Origin: Solirubrobacterales bacterium
GTDB lineage: Bacteria; Actinomycetota; Thermoleophilia; Solirubrobacterales; 70-9
Direction of reading: 5' to 3'
Assembly: GCA_047601885.1 (NCBI GenBank)
Contig: JASGIK010000003.1
Location: forward strand, 1,326,062-1,390,061
Length of the DNA stretch: 64,000 bases
The position numbers and the translations under genes were made by a program. Each line of letters opens with the position of its first letter. The first letter of the stretch is position 1. Shown one piece after another: positions 7,822 to 16,617 of this stretch. The notes beneath the pieces were generated by a model. That model was given only the letters and a program-made list of their open reading frames with translations. It did no database searches and was not told where the DNA came from.

Positions 7822-9972
7822 CTAACCCCGCGGTAGACCCAGGACGCGGCCGGCGATGATCGTGCGCTGCACCTGCTCGGTGCCGCCGTAGATACTCGCC
7901 GCGCGCGAGTGCATGTAGCCGTCGAGCCAGTCGGCGTCGGCCGGGGCCAGGGCCTCGGCCCCGGCGAGGTGGAGGGCGAGGTGATGGAGACCCTGCTCGG
8001 CCTTGATCATCAGCAGCTTGTCGACCGAGGACTCGGGCCCCGGCTCGTTGCCGGCGGCGCGCTGGGCGAGGCTCTGGGCGACGCGCACCCGCAGCACCTC
8101 GAGGTCGACGTAGGCGCGGGCGAGGTCGATCAACGTCGAGTCGCCGGCCCCGGTCGCCTGCGCCTCTTCCTCGAGGCCGCGCAGGAGGGCGGCGTGTTTG
8201 GCGGCATAGCCGTTGTCGGAGGGGCCGCGCTCGAGCGTCACCGTCGTCATCGCCAGCTTCCAACCGTCGCCCGGCCCGCCGAGCATCATCTCGTCGTCGA
8301 CGAAGACGTCATCGAAGAAGAGCTCGGAGAACTCGCTGTGGCCGGTCGACTGCACGATCGGGCGCGAGGTCAGGCCGGGGCTGTCCATCGGCACGACGAA
8401 AGCGGAGATCCCCCGGTGGGGCGGCGCCTCGCGGTCCGAGCGCGCCAGCAGCAGGCAGTGGGTCGCCCACTCGGCGCTGGTCGTCCAGGTCTTCTGCCCG
8501 TTGACCACCCAGCCGTCGCCGGAGCGCACCGCGGTGGAACGCAGCGAGGCGAGGTCGGAGCCCGCCTCGGGCTCCGAGAAGCCCTGGCACCAGCGGTCCT
8601 CGCCGCTGATCATCCGCGGGATCCAGCGCTTGCGCTGCTCCTCGTCGGCGAAGGCGAGGACGACGTGGCCGAGGTAGACCGAGTCGAGGATCGGCGGCGC
8701 GCCGGCGGCGCCCAGCTCCTCGCTGAGGATCCCCTCGAAGGCCGGCGACTGGCCGCCGCCGCCGTACTCGGCGGGCAACGAGAGGCCCGACCAACCGCCC
8801 TCGTAGAGCTTGCGCTGCCAGGCGATCTGGGCGGCCGCGCGGGCGTCGTCCTCGATCGGCAGCGACTCCGCGGGGGCGTTGGCGTCGAGCCACCGGCGCA
8901 GCCGGGCGCGGAAGGCGGCCGAATCGGCGTCCTCGGCGGTGCCGACCGAGATCCCCCGCCGGCGGTCGGCGGCGATCTGGGCGAGCTGGCGGCGCTCGTC
9001 GCCGAGCGCCGCCGCGTCGACGATCGCCCGCCGCTGGTAGGCATGGCAGCGGCTCTCCCAGGTGTTGCCCATCGCGCCGTGGACCTGGGCGGACAGCTCG
9101 GCGACGCCGAGCGCCGCGCCGGAGGCGTAGGCCTTGGCGATCCGCGCCGCCGCCAGCGCGTCGGCCGGGCGCGAGAGGTCGAGCAGCCGGGCGGCGCGGG
9201 CGGTCGCCGAGCGCGCCCCTTCGGCGCTCACATGGGCGTCGGCGATCGCATGCTGGAGCGCCTGGAAGGAGCCGATCGGCTTGCCGAACTGGTGGCGCTC
9301 CCTGGCGTGCTCGATCGCCAGCTCGAGCGAGCCGCTCATCAGGCCGACGAGGTCGGCGGCGAGCAGCGTCAAGGCGAAGGCGCGCCAGTACTCGACCCCC
9401 TCGCCGTCGATCACCGCGACCGCCTCGGCGGCCTCGGGGTCGACTGCGCGGGTGAGGCGGGTGAGGTCGGTGACGGGCAGGTCGCGGGCGGCGGCGAGAT
9501 CGAGCCGCACCACCGTCCCGGCGGCGCCGTCGAGGCGCAGGCCGAGCGCCTGCTCGGCGCCCGCGGCGTCGAAGGCGACGGCCGGCCGGCCGGGGCCGGG
9601 CAGCGCTCCGTCGCCGGCCGGATCGAGCGCCAGCGTCGCGAGGCCGCGATCGAGCGCCGCGGCGATCTCGGCGGCGCCCGCCTCGGAGCGCAGCAGGAGC
9701 TCGGCGGCGAGCACCGGGCCGACGCAGGGCAGCACCGCGGGGGCGGCGGCGAGCGCTTCGGCGACCAGCACCGTGTCGGCGACCGAGGCGGCCGAGCCGC
9801 CCGCCTCTTCAGGCAGCCGCATCGTGGTCAGGCCGAGCTCGGCGACGGTCTCCCAGCCCGCGGGCGCGGCGAGCTGCTCGGTGGCGAGATGCGGGTCGAC
9901 GCGGAAGTCGCCCGCGAGCTGCTTGACGGTTTCGTCGAGCAGTCGCTGCTCGTCGGTCAGTGCGGTGTTCAT
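7822..9972 (-). CDS. fused acyl-CoA dehydrogenase: N-terminal beta-like (FAD-site-poor) half + C-terminal alpha-like half
   Basis: ATG at 9972 overlaps the upstream stop (ATGA). The N half carries RERHQFGKPIGSFQ. The C half carries WCQGFSEPEAGSDLASL and GGTEQVQRTIIA. There is no stop or start codon at the junction near 8940-8960. Confidence 0.8.
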   Translation of the reverse strand: MNTALTDEQRLLDETVKQLAGDFRVDPHLATEQLAAPAGWETVAELGLTTMRLPEEAGGSAASVADTVLVAEALAAAPAVLPCVGPVLAAELLLRSEAGAAEIAAALDRGLATLALDPAGDGALPGPGRPAVAFDAAGAEQALGLRLDGAAGTVVRLDLAAARDLPVTDLTRLTRAVDPEAAEAVAVIDGEGVEYWRAFALTLLAADLVGLMSGSLELAIEHARERHQFGKPIGSFQALQHAIADAHVSAEGARSATARAARLLDLSRPADALAAARIAKAYASGAALGVAELSAQVHGAMGNTWESRCHAYQRRAIVDAAALGDERRQLAQIAADRRRGISVGTAEDADSAAFRARLRRWLDANAPAESLPIEDDARAAAQIAWQRKLYEGGWSGLSLPAEYGGGGQSPAFEGILSEELGAAGAPPILDSVYLGHVVLAFADEEQRKRWIPRMISGEDRWCQGFSEPEAGSDLASLRSTAVRSGDGWVVNGQKTWTTSAEWATHCLLLARSDREAPPHRGISAFVVPMDSPGLTSRPIVQSTGHSEFSELFFDDVFVDDEMMLGGPGDGWKLAMTTVTLERGPSDNGYAAKHAALLRGLEEEAQATGAGDSTLIDLARAYVDLEVLRVRVAQSLAQRAAGNEPGPESSVDKLLMIKAEQGLHHLALHLAGAEALAPADADWLDGYMHSRAASIYGGTEQVQRTIIAGRVLGLPRG

Positions 9973-10964
9973 CCGTTCACCTCGGCCTGCGGTCGTGCGA
10001 CGCCCTTGGGGGCGATCGAGAATAGGCCGTCGAAGCCGTGGGCCAGGATCTGGTCGCGGAGCAGCTTCGAGCTCGCGACGGTGCCGGCCGGCCGGCGCAG
10101 CAGCGGCTGCAGGTGGCGGTCGATGACGGTCACGTCGTGCTCCTCGCAGAGCCCGATCGCGCCGAAGACCTGATGCGTCTGCGCGAGGACGAGGTGCGCG
10201 GCTTCGAGCATCCCGAGCCGCAGCGCCAGCGTGTCGGCGGGGGTCGCGATGCCCTCGGTGAAGCGCCAGAGCGCGTCGCCGGCCAGCTCGACCAGGCCGT
10301 CGCGGGCGACGACGACCTCCGAGAGCCGCCACTGGATCGCGCCGAACTGGGCGATCGGCTGGCCGAACTGGACCCGCTCGCCGGCGTACTGGGCGGCGAG
10401 GTCCGTGGCGACCTCGAGCGCGCCGAGGACGTAGTAGGCGATGAGGACCGTGTGCGCGTCGAGCGCCCGCGCCAGAGTCGGGTCGGCGGCACCGGAGCCG
10501 TTGGCCTCGAGCGTCTGACAGGGGACGCCGAAGGGGTCGAGCGGCATCGAGCGGACGGCGCCGAGCGGCGCGACCCGGACGCTCGCGCGCGTCTCCAGGT
10601 CGACCGCCGCCGCCGACTCGAAGAGGTCGAGGTGCTCGAGCCGGGTCAGCGGTCCGGCCGCTGCGTAGACGGCGGGCGGGGAATCGGCGCCGAGCGGCGC
10701 GGCGAGCTGGGCGGCGACCGGCCAGGGAGCGACGACGGCGCCGGCGGCGCGGGCCGCGAGCGCCGCGGCCATCGCGTCGGCGGGGCTGCCGAGGACGTCG
10801 ATCTCGTGGAAGCCGAGCTGCTCGAGGGCCGGTCGCAGCTCGCTCTCGCGCAGGCTCGGGTCGGCCTCCGCCCGGCGGGTGAACTCGACCCCGCCGAGGC
10901 GGGCGAGCGAGGCGCCGACGGCCTCGCCGAAGTCGACCGCCTCGTCGGGCCAGCGCCGGTTCAC
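9969..10964 (-). CDS. acyl-CoA dehydrogenase-like beta subunit
   Basis: GTG at 10964 overlaps the upstream stop (GTGA). About 331 aa, with the ACAD C-terminal motif GERVQFGQPIAQFGAIQ but no recognisable N-terminal FAD/substrate motifs. Confidence 0.75.
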   Translation of the reverse strand: MNRRWPDEAVDFGEAVGASLARLGGVEFTRRAEADPSLRESELRPALEQLGFHEIDVLGSPADAMAAALAARAAGAVVAPWPVAAQLAAPLGADSPPAVYAAAGPLTRLEHLDLFESAAAVDLETRASVRVAPLGAVRSMPLDPFGVPCQTLEANGSGAADPTLARALDAHTVLIAYYVLGALEVATDLAAQYAGERVQFGQPIAQFGAIQWRLSEVVVARDGLVELAGDALWRFTEGIATPADTLALRLGMLEAAHLVLAQTHQVFGAIGLCEEHDVTVIDRHLQPLLRRPAGTVASSKLLRDQILAHGFDGLFSIAPKGVARPQAEVNG

Positions 10965-12124
10965 TGCTTCCTCCCGGCGGCGCCGGTCAGGTCGCGGGAG
11001 ATCAGCAGGCGCTGCACCTCGGTCGTCCCGGAGGCGATGCCGGAGGCGCGGGCGTAGCGCCAGGCGTCCTCGACGAAGCCGCCGAGCGGTGCCTCGGGAT
11101 CGTTGGAGAGGGCGTCCTCGCCGAGCACCTCGGCGGCCAGCTCGGCCAGCTCTTTGTCGAGCTCGGTCGAGGCGAGGCGGGCGACGGCGGGGTCGCCGCT
11201 GGTGATGGTGCCGTCGTCGAGCCGGCCGACGGTCCGATAGCTGAGCAGCCTGGCGACGCGGGTGCGGACGAGCCCACGGACGTGGCGCAGGCCGAGCTCC
11301 CCGTCGATCAGCTCCGGCTGGTCGGCCATGTGCTCCCAGAGCTCGCTCAGGAGGCGGTCGCTGCGGGCGTAGCGGGCGATGCCGACGCGCTCGAAGTCGA
11401 GCACCGCGCGGATGATCTCCCAGCCCTGGCCGGGGGCGCCGAGGATGTCGGCGTCGTGGGCGACGACGTCCTCGAAGAAGAGCTCGTGCAGGTGCCCGCT
11501 GCCCATGATCGAGTCGATCTGACGGACCTCGATCCCGGCCCGGTCCATCGGCACCAAGAAGATCGTGATCCCGGCCTGCTTGCGGCCCTCGGTGGACGTC
11601 CGGGTGGCGAGGAAGCAGGTGTCGGCGACCTCGGCGTAGGAGGTCCAGATCTTCTGCCCGTCGAGCCGCCAGGTGCCGTCGTCGGCGCGTTTCGCGGCGA
11701 GCGTCAGCGAGGCCAGGTCGGAGCCCGCGCCGGGCTCCGAGAAGCCCTGGCACCAGTGCGCCTCGCCGGCGGCGATCGAGGTCAGGAACTCCTCCTGCTG
11801 CGCCTCGGTGCCGAAGCGCATGATCGCCGGGCCGACCCAGTTGAGCCCCATGTACTGCGGGCCGCGGGGCTCGTAGTGTGCCCACATCTCCTCGCGCAGG
11901 ACCGCCTGCGACCAGACGTCGGCGTCGCTGCCGCCCCAGTGCTCGGGCCAGTTGATCGTCAGCAGCCCTTCCTCGCCGAGCTTGCGGCAGAAGCGGTCGG
12001 AGATCTCGTTGGTCACCGGGTCGTTGCCCAAGGCGCCGCGAAAGTCCTCCGGGATCTCCTGCGCGATCAGCGCGCGGAGGCGCTCGCGCAGCTCGACTGC
12101 GTGTTCTCCCAGGTCGTAGTCCAT
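10961..12124 (-). CDS. acyl-CoA dehydrogenase, alpha-type subunit
   Basis: MDYDLGEHAVELRERL start; HWCQGFSEPGAGSDLASL; GTTEVQRLLISR. The ATG at 12124 sits 7 nt after a -10-like box. The TTG at 12160 used by the ORF track coincides with the -35 hexamer. Confidence 0.85.
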   Translation of the reverse strand: MDYDLGEHAVELRERLRALIAQEIPEDFRGALGNDPVTNEISDRFCRKLGEEGLLTINWPEHWGGSDADVWSQAVLREEMWAHYEPRGPQYMGLNWVGPAIMRFGTEAQQEEFLTSIAAGEAHWCQGFSEPGAGSDLASLTLAAKRADDGTWRLDGQKIWTSYAEVADTCFLATRTSTEGRKQAGITIFLVPMDRAGIEVRQIDSIMGSGHLHELFFEDVVAHDADILGAPGQGWEIIRAVLDFERVGIARYARSDRLLSELWEHMADQPELIDGELGLRHVRGLVRTRVARLLSYRTVGRLDDGTITSGDPAVARLASTELDKELAELAAEVLGEDALSNDPEAPLGGFVEDAWRYARASGIASGTTEVQRLLISRDLTGAAGRKQ

Positions 12125-12131
12125 CGAGTTA

Positions 12132-12160
12132 TTTCTATTAGATGATTGTAATGATGTCAA
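12132..12160 (-). promoter_or_regulatory. sigma-70-like promoter of the ACAD operon, probably leaderless
   Basis: Minus strand reads TTGACA (12160-12155), 17-nt spacer, TAGAAA (12137-12132), then 7 nt to the ATG at 12124. The spacer contains the TCATTACAATCA operator-like motif. Confidence 0.45.
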
Positions 12161-12178
12161 GAAGGAGCGGACGCCCGA

Positions 12179-12940
12179 TCAACGCGGCGGAAGGCGGATC
12201 GCGCCGTCGAGCCGGATCGTCTCGCCGTTCAGGAATGGGTTGGCGAAGACGTGGCTCGCGAGGGCGCCGAACTCCTCCGGTTGGCCGAGCCGGCCGGGGT
12301 GCGGAGCCTGGCGGCCGAGCTCGAGCTTCTGCTCCTCCGGCATCTGCGCCATCAGCGGCGTGTCGAAGAGGCCCGGGGCGATCGTGACGACGCGGATGCC
12401 GAGGCTCGCCAGGTCACGGGCGATCGGCAGCGTCATGCCGACGATGCCGCCCTTGCTCGCCGAGTAGGCGGCCTGGCCGACCTGGCCGTCGAAGGCGGCC
12501 GCCGAAGCGGTGTTGATGACGACGCCGCGCTCCTCGCCGAGCGGCTCCAGCTCGGCCATCCGCGCGGCGGCGAGGCGCAGCACGTTGAAGCTGCCGATCA
12601 GGTTGATCTCGACGATCATCGCGAAGCGGTCCAGCGGGAAGGGGCCTTTGCGGCCGACGGTGCGGATCGCGTTGCCGGTGCCGGCGCAGTTGACGAGGCC
12701 GCGCAGCTCGCCGAGCTCGGAGGCGGCGTCGACGGCGGCCTGGACGCCGGCCTCGTCGCGGACGTCGGCGTCGGCGAAGGCGACGCGCTCGCCGAGGCGG
12801 TCGGCGACCTCGTCGCCGAGAGACGAGGGCAGGTCGAGCATCAGGACCGTGGCGCCGTCTTCGAGCAGCTTTTCGGTCGTCGCCAGGCCGAGGCCCGAGG
12901 CTCCTCCCGTGACGATGACGACCTTTCCAGAGATATCCAT
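12179..12940 (-). CDS. 3-hydroxyacyl-CoA dehydrogenase type II-like SDR
   Basis: VTGGASGLG and [12 protein letters not shown]; overall resemblance to HSD17B10/FadB2-type SDRs. Confidence 0.8.
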   Translation of the reverse strand: MDISGKVVIVTGGASGLGLATTEKLLEDGATVLMLDLPSSLGDEVADRLGERVAFADADVRDEAGVQAAVDAASELGELRGLVNCAGTGNAIRTVGRKGPFPLDRFAMIVEINLIGSFNVLRLAAARMAELEPLGEERGVVINTASAAAFDGQVGQAAYSASKGGIVGMTLPIARDLASLGIRVVTIAPGLFDTPLMAQMPEEQKLELGRQAPHPGRLGQPEEFGALASHVFANPFLNGETIRLDGAIRLPPR

Positions 12941-13012
12941 GCCGCTTCCTTCCGATTGGCAGCGCGCCCTCCCGGTGGCGCTGTCGAACGAACGTAAAAG
13001 CGGTTTATATCA

Positions 13013-14323
13013 TTAATCGGATTCTTGGACAGGTACCTGGAGGTGCCTCGGCGTCCCTTCCACGAAGGTGGCTACGGGGCGCCAGCGAGCGCTCGCGGCG
13101 GCCGCGGCGAGGGCGGCCGCGAGCGGCCGGTCGAGCAGGCAGAGGTCGGCGGCCGCGCCGGGCTCGACCCGCCGCGGCGGTCCGGCGGGATCGAGCGGCT
13201 CGCTGAGCAGCGAGGCGAGGACGGTGGCGGGCGCGACGCTCTCGGCGGCGCGCCTGGCAGCCGCCCGGATCGTGGCGCCGGGCTCGACGTCGCCGTAGGG
13301 CGCGTCGCTGCTGGCCGCGACGGCGATGCCCGCCTCCAGCAGGCCCGCGTAGCGCCAGAGGTCGGGGCGGCGCTCGGGCGGCGTCTCGCGCAGGAAGGCC
13401 TCGCGGTGGCGGGAGAAGATCGTCGGCTGGGTGACGACGGTGAGGCCGAGCGCGGCGATCCGCGTGGCGGCCGCGTCGTCGCAGACGGCGGCGTGCTCGA
13501 GGCGGTCGCCGGGCAGCGCCCCGACCGCGTCGAAGGCGGCGAGGCAGAGGGCGAGAGTCAGGTCGGTGACCGTGTGGATCGCCACCGGGCGACCCTCGTC
13601 GTGGCAGCGCTCGATCCTCGCCGCGAGCTCGCCGAGGTCCTGCTCGACGTGGTCGGCGAGGACGATCTTGCGCGGGCCGGCCCCGCGGTCGGAGAGCGAG
13701 AGCAGATGCTGAGGAAGCGCTTCTCCAAGTCGGCCGAGGTCGTCCTCGGTGAGGTCCGGCGAGGCGTCGGTGACGTGGGTGATGCCAAGGCGGAGCAGCT
13801 CGTCGCCGAGCGCCTGGAGGTCGACCCCTCCCCGCGCCCCGGCCCGCTCGAGCAGCCGGCCGAGGCGCTCGTCGCCGCGCCAGATCTGGCCGCTCTCGGC
13901 CTCCTCGGCGCCGAGCCCTTCGGCAAGCAGATCGACGGCCGCCGAGTTCAGCGTCCAGAGGGCGCCGCTGCGGTGCTGGACGCGCGCCGGGGAGTCAGGC
14001 CAGCAGCGGTCGAGGTCGGCGCGGCGCAGCTCTCGGCCGGCGCCGACGATGCGCAGCCAGCCGCCGTCCCCTTCGGGGGCGAGGCCGAGGTCGGGGGAGC
14101 CGCCGAGGTCGAACGAGGCTCGCGCGGCGGCGAGGGCGAAGGCGTGCAGGTGGTGGTCGGCGAGCCCCGGAAGGAGCGCGCCGCCCTCGGCGTCGAGGAG
14201 TCGCTCGCCGCCGCCTGGGAGATCGCGCCCGACCTCGACGACGGTGCCGCCACGGATTCGGCAGTCGACCTCGCGTCCGTCGATCTCGACCCGGCGCAGC
14301 AGCCAGGCATCAGTCGAGCTCAT
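13013..14323 (-). CDS. amidohydrolase-family metal-dependent hydrolase
   Basis: N-terminal beta-sandwich followed by PGLADHHLH (HxH metal motif); about 436 aa. Confidence 0.7.
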   Translation of the reverse strand: MSSTDAWLLRRVEIDGREVDCRIRGGTVVEVGRDLPGGGERLLDAEGGALLPGLADHHLHAFALAAARASFDLGGSPDLGLAPEGDGGWLRIVGAGRELRRADLDRCWPDSPARVQHRSGALWTLNSAAVDLLAEGLGAEEAESGQIWRGDERLGRLLERAGARGGVDLQALGDELLRLGITHVTDASPDLTEDDLGRLGEALPQHLLSLSDRGAGPRKIVLADHVEQDLGELAARIERCHDEGRPVAIHTVTDLTLALCLAAFDAVGALPGDRLEHAAVCDDAAATRIAALGLTVVTQPTIFSRHREAFLRETPPERRPDLWRYAGLLEAGIAVAASSDAPYGDVEPGATIRAAARRAAESVAPATVLASLLSEPLDPAGPPRRVEPGAAADLCLLDRPLAAALAAAAASARWRPVATFVEGTPRHLQVPVQESD

Positions 14324-15314
14324 CGACGAGGCCCCAGTCGAAAGCGGTCGCCGCGTCGATCGGCGCGCCGGAGACGGCGAGCCAGAGGGCGCGGCGGCGG
14401 CCGATCCGACGCGGCACGCTGGTCGTGCCGCCGGCGCCCGGGATCAATCCCATCGCGACCTCGGGCAGGCTGAAGCGCGCCTCGCGGTCGGCGATCACGC
14501 GGCCGGCGAAGGCGGGCAGCTCGACCCCGGCGCCGAACGAGTGGCCGTGGACGCGGACCGTGACACGGTCGCGCAGCGCGTCGATCGCGGCGCCGACGCT
14601 CGCCTGCAGGCGGACGAGGTGGGATGCGGCGGGGTCGCCGGCGGTGCCGAACTCGGCCAGCTCGCCGCCGGAGGAGAAGCTCGGGCCGGCGGCCTCGATC
14701 AGCACCCGCAGCGCCGGGTCCCAGCGGGCGAGGTCGAGCGCCTCGAGCAGCTCGTCGCGGAGGCGGGCGTCGAGGGCGTTGCGGCGGGCGGCGCGGTCGA
14801 GGGTGACGCGCAGGAGGTCGCCGTCGCGAACGATGCGGAGGCGCGGCTCCGGGCTCGCGGGCGGCGCGGCGGGGCCGCGGTGGGCGAGCCAGCGCCCGAA
14901 CTCCTCGCTCGCCAGCAGGGTCGAGTAAAGCGCCGACTCGGCGATCAGGCCGGCGCGGACGTCGGCGTAGAGCTCGGCGCGGAGGAGCTCGGCGAGGGCC
15001 ACCGCGGCGCGCGGGGACGCGGCGGCGCGCGCCGCGAACTCGGTCGCGGCGACGGTCGGGGCGGGATGCGCGACGGCTCCCGGAAGGTCGCCGTCGCGGG
15101 CGATGACGACGTCGGCGGCGGTGAGCAGATCGGCGCTCGGCGCCTCGTCCTCGACCGCGACGACGAGGATCGCGCGGAGCGCCGACGCGGTCCGCGGAGG
15201 CGCGCTCGGGAAGCTGTGCGGACCGACGACGAGGACCGGGTGGCGGGGCACGCCGCGGCGGTCGAGCTCCGCGCCGAGCTCGAGTGGCGCCGCGGCGGTC
15301 GACGGCTCGGGCAT
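14310..15314 (-). CDS. enoyl-CoA hydratase/isomerase-family protein with roughly 150-aa N-terminal extension
   Basis: The C-terminal half has ARRNALD, FSSGGEL, VHGHSFGAGVEL and EVAMGLIPGAGGT. Start uncertain (15314 ATG or 15341). Confidence 0.7.
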   Translation of the reverse strand: MPEPSTAAAPLELGAELDRRGVPRHPVLVVGPHSFPSAPPRTASALRAILVVAVEDEAPSADLLTAADVVIARDGDLPGAVAHPAPTVAATEFAARAAASPRAAVALAELLRAELYADVRAGLIAESALYSTLLASEEFGRWLAHRGPAAPPASPEPRLRIVRDGDLLRVTLDRAARRNALDARLRDELLEALDLARWDPALRVLIEAAGPSFSSGGELAEFGTAGDPAASHLVRLQASVGAAIDALRDRVTVRVHGHSFGAGVELPAFAGRVIADREARFSLPEVAMGLIPGAGGTTSVPRRIGRRRALWLAVSGAPIDAATAFDWGLVDELD

Positions 15315-15330
15315 GTTTTGATGGTCGCAG

Positions 15331-16617
15331 ATGAACGCCAAGCCACTGGCAGGACGGCGGGTCGCCGCGGGGGCCTGGCCGGCCGCCGAGACGGCCGCCG
15401 AGCTGCTGGCCGCGCTCGGCGCCGAGCCGACGGCGGCGGCGGCCGAAGCCCCGGTCGAACCTTCGTCCTCTGGTCACCCGCAGGGTGACCAAGGGCAGAG
15501 GGTCGGGCTGCGGCTGGGCGAGAAGGTCGTCGCGGCGGCGCCGAGCTTCGCCGCCGAGGACTGGTCGGCGAGCGGCGTCGACGAGCTGACCGGGCGGCCC
15601 GGGGGCCCGCCGCTGGCCCCGGTGGGAGCGCCCGCGACCCTGGCCCGCGGCCTCGGCCTGGCGATCGGGGCGCTCGGCGGGCCCGCGGTCGACGGCGCCG
15701 AGCTGCTCGGCATGCGCGTCGGCTCGATCCCGCTCGCTCGTGGCGGCGCGCGTTCGGCCGGCGGCGCGGCGCGCCTGCTCGCGACCGCCGACGGCTGGGT
15801 CGCCTTCAGCCTCCCTCGCGCGAGCGACGAGGAGCTCGTCCCGGCACTGATCGGCGCCGCGGTCGAGGGCGGCGACCCCTGGCCCGCCCTCGCCGCCTGG
15901 GCCGCCGGGCAGCGGGCCGCCGACCTGGTCGGGCGCGCCGCCCTCCTCGGCCTGGCCGTCGCCGCGCTCGGCGAGCGGGTCACGGCCGGCGCGTCCTGGG
16001 ACCTCCGCCCCGTCCCCGCCGATCCGCCCGCGCGGGAGGCTCGCGATCCGACCCGGACGACGGCCCCCCTCGTCGTCAACCTGGGGGCGCTGTGGGCGGC
16101 GCCGCTCTGCGCTCAACTGCTTCATCGGGCCGGTCGGCGCGTCGTCGACGTCGAGGCGACGAACCGACCCGACGCCACCCCGCCGGGCCTGCGGCGGCCG
16201 CTGCGGGAGGGCCACGCGACGATCCGGAGCGACCTCGCGACGGACGCGGGCCGCGACCGCCTGGCCGCCCTCCTGGCGGAAGCCGACGTCGTCATCGAGG
16301 CAAGCCGTCCCCGCGCCCTCCGCCAGCTCGGCCTCGACGCCGAACGGGTGATGGCCGACCGCAGGCCGCGGGTCTGGATCCGCATCACCGGCCACGGCCC
16401 GGGGTCCGAACGCATCGCCTTCGGCGACGACGCCGCGGTGGCCGGCGGCCTGGTCGCGCGCGACGAGAGCGGCCCGGTCTTCGCCGGCGATGCCCTCGCC
16501 GACCCGCTGAGCGGCATGACCGCGGCGATGCTGGCGCTTGCCTGCGGACGGGCCGGCGGTGCCTGGCTGGTCGACGTCCCGATGGCCGCGGTGGCGGCGA
16601 GAGGAGCAGCAGGATGA
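15331..16617 (+). CDS. family III CoA-transferase-like protein with non-canonical motif order
   Basis: VVNLGALWAAPLCAQLLHRAGRRVVDVE, ADVVIEASRPRALRQLGL and ITGHGPG motifs lie in the C-terminal half. A small-domain-like segment (ATADGWVAFSL...) lies before them. Confidence 0.6.
   Translation: MNAKPLAGRRVAAGAWPAAETAAELLAALGAEPTAAAAEAPVEPSSSGHPQGDQGQRVGLRLGEKVVAAAPSFAAEDWSASGVDELTGRPGGPPLAPVGAPATLARGLGLAIGALGGPAVDGAELLGMRVGSIPLARGGARSAGGAARLLATADGWVAFSLPRASDEELVPALIGAAVEGGDPWPALAAWAAGQRAADLVGRAALLGLAVAALGERVTAGASWDLRPVPADPPAREARDPTRTTAPLVVNLGALWAAPLCAQLLHRAGRRVVDVEATNRPDATPPGLRRPLREGHATIRSDLATDAGRDRLAALLAEADVVIEASRPRALRQLGLDAERVMADRRPRVWIRITGHGPGSERIAFGDDAAVAGGLVARDESGPVFAGDALADPLSGMTAAMLALACGRAGGAWLVDVPMAAVAARGAAG

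Noticed and set aside
7631-7825. Small ORFs (7631-7825, 52577-52882, and antisense 7594-7785, 52540-52845) with a shared N-terminus inside the 234-nt repeats, preceded by GGGGGAGG.
   Set aside because: The similarity follows nucleotide identity of the repeat. Substitutions are mostly non-synonymous, the SD-like run is 1 nt from the ATG, and the frames diverge outside the repeat.
9973-10332. N-terminal 120-aa extension of the 836-aa ORF 7822-10332.
   Set aside because: The extension is Arg/Pro-rich nonsense and overlaps the upstream ACAD beta gene. The ATG at 9972 gives a normal ACAD N-terminus and an ATGA coupling.
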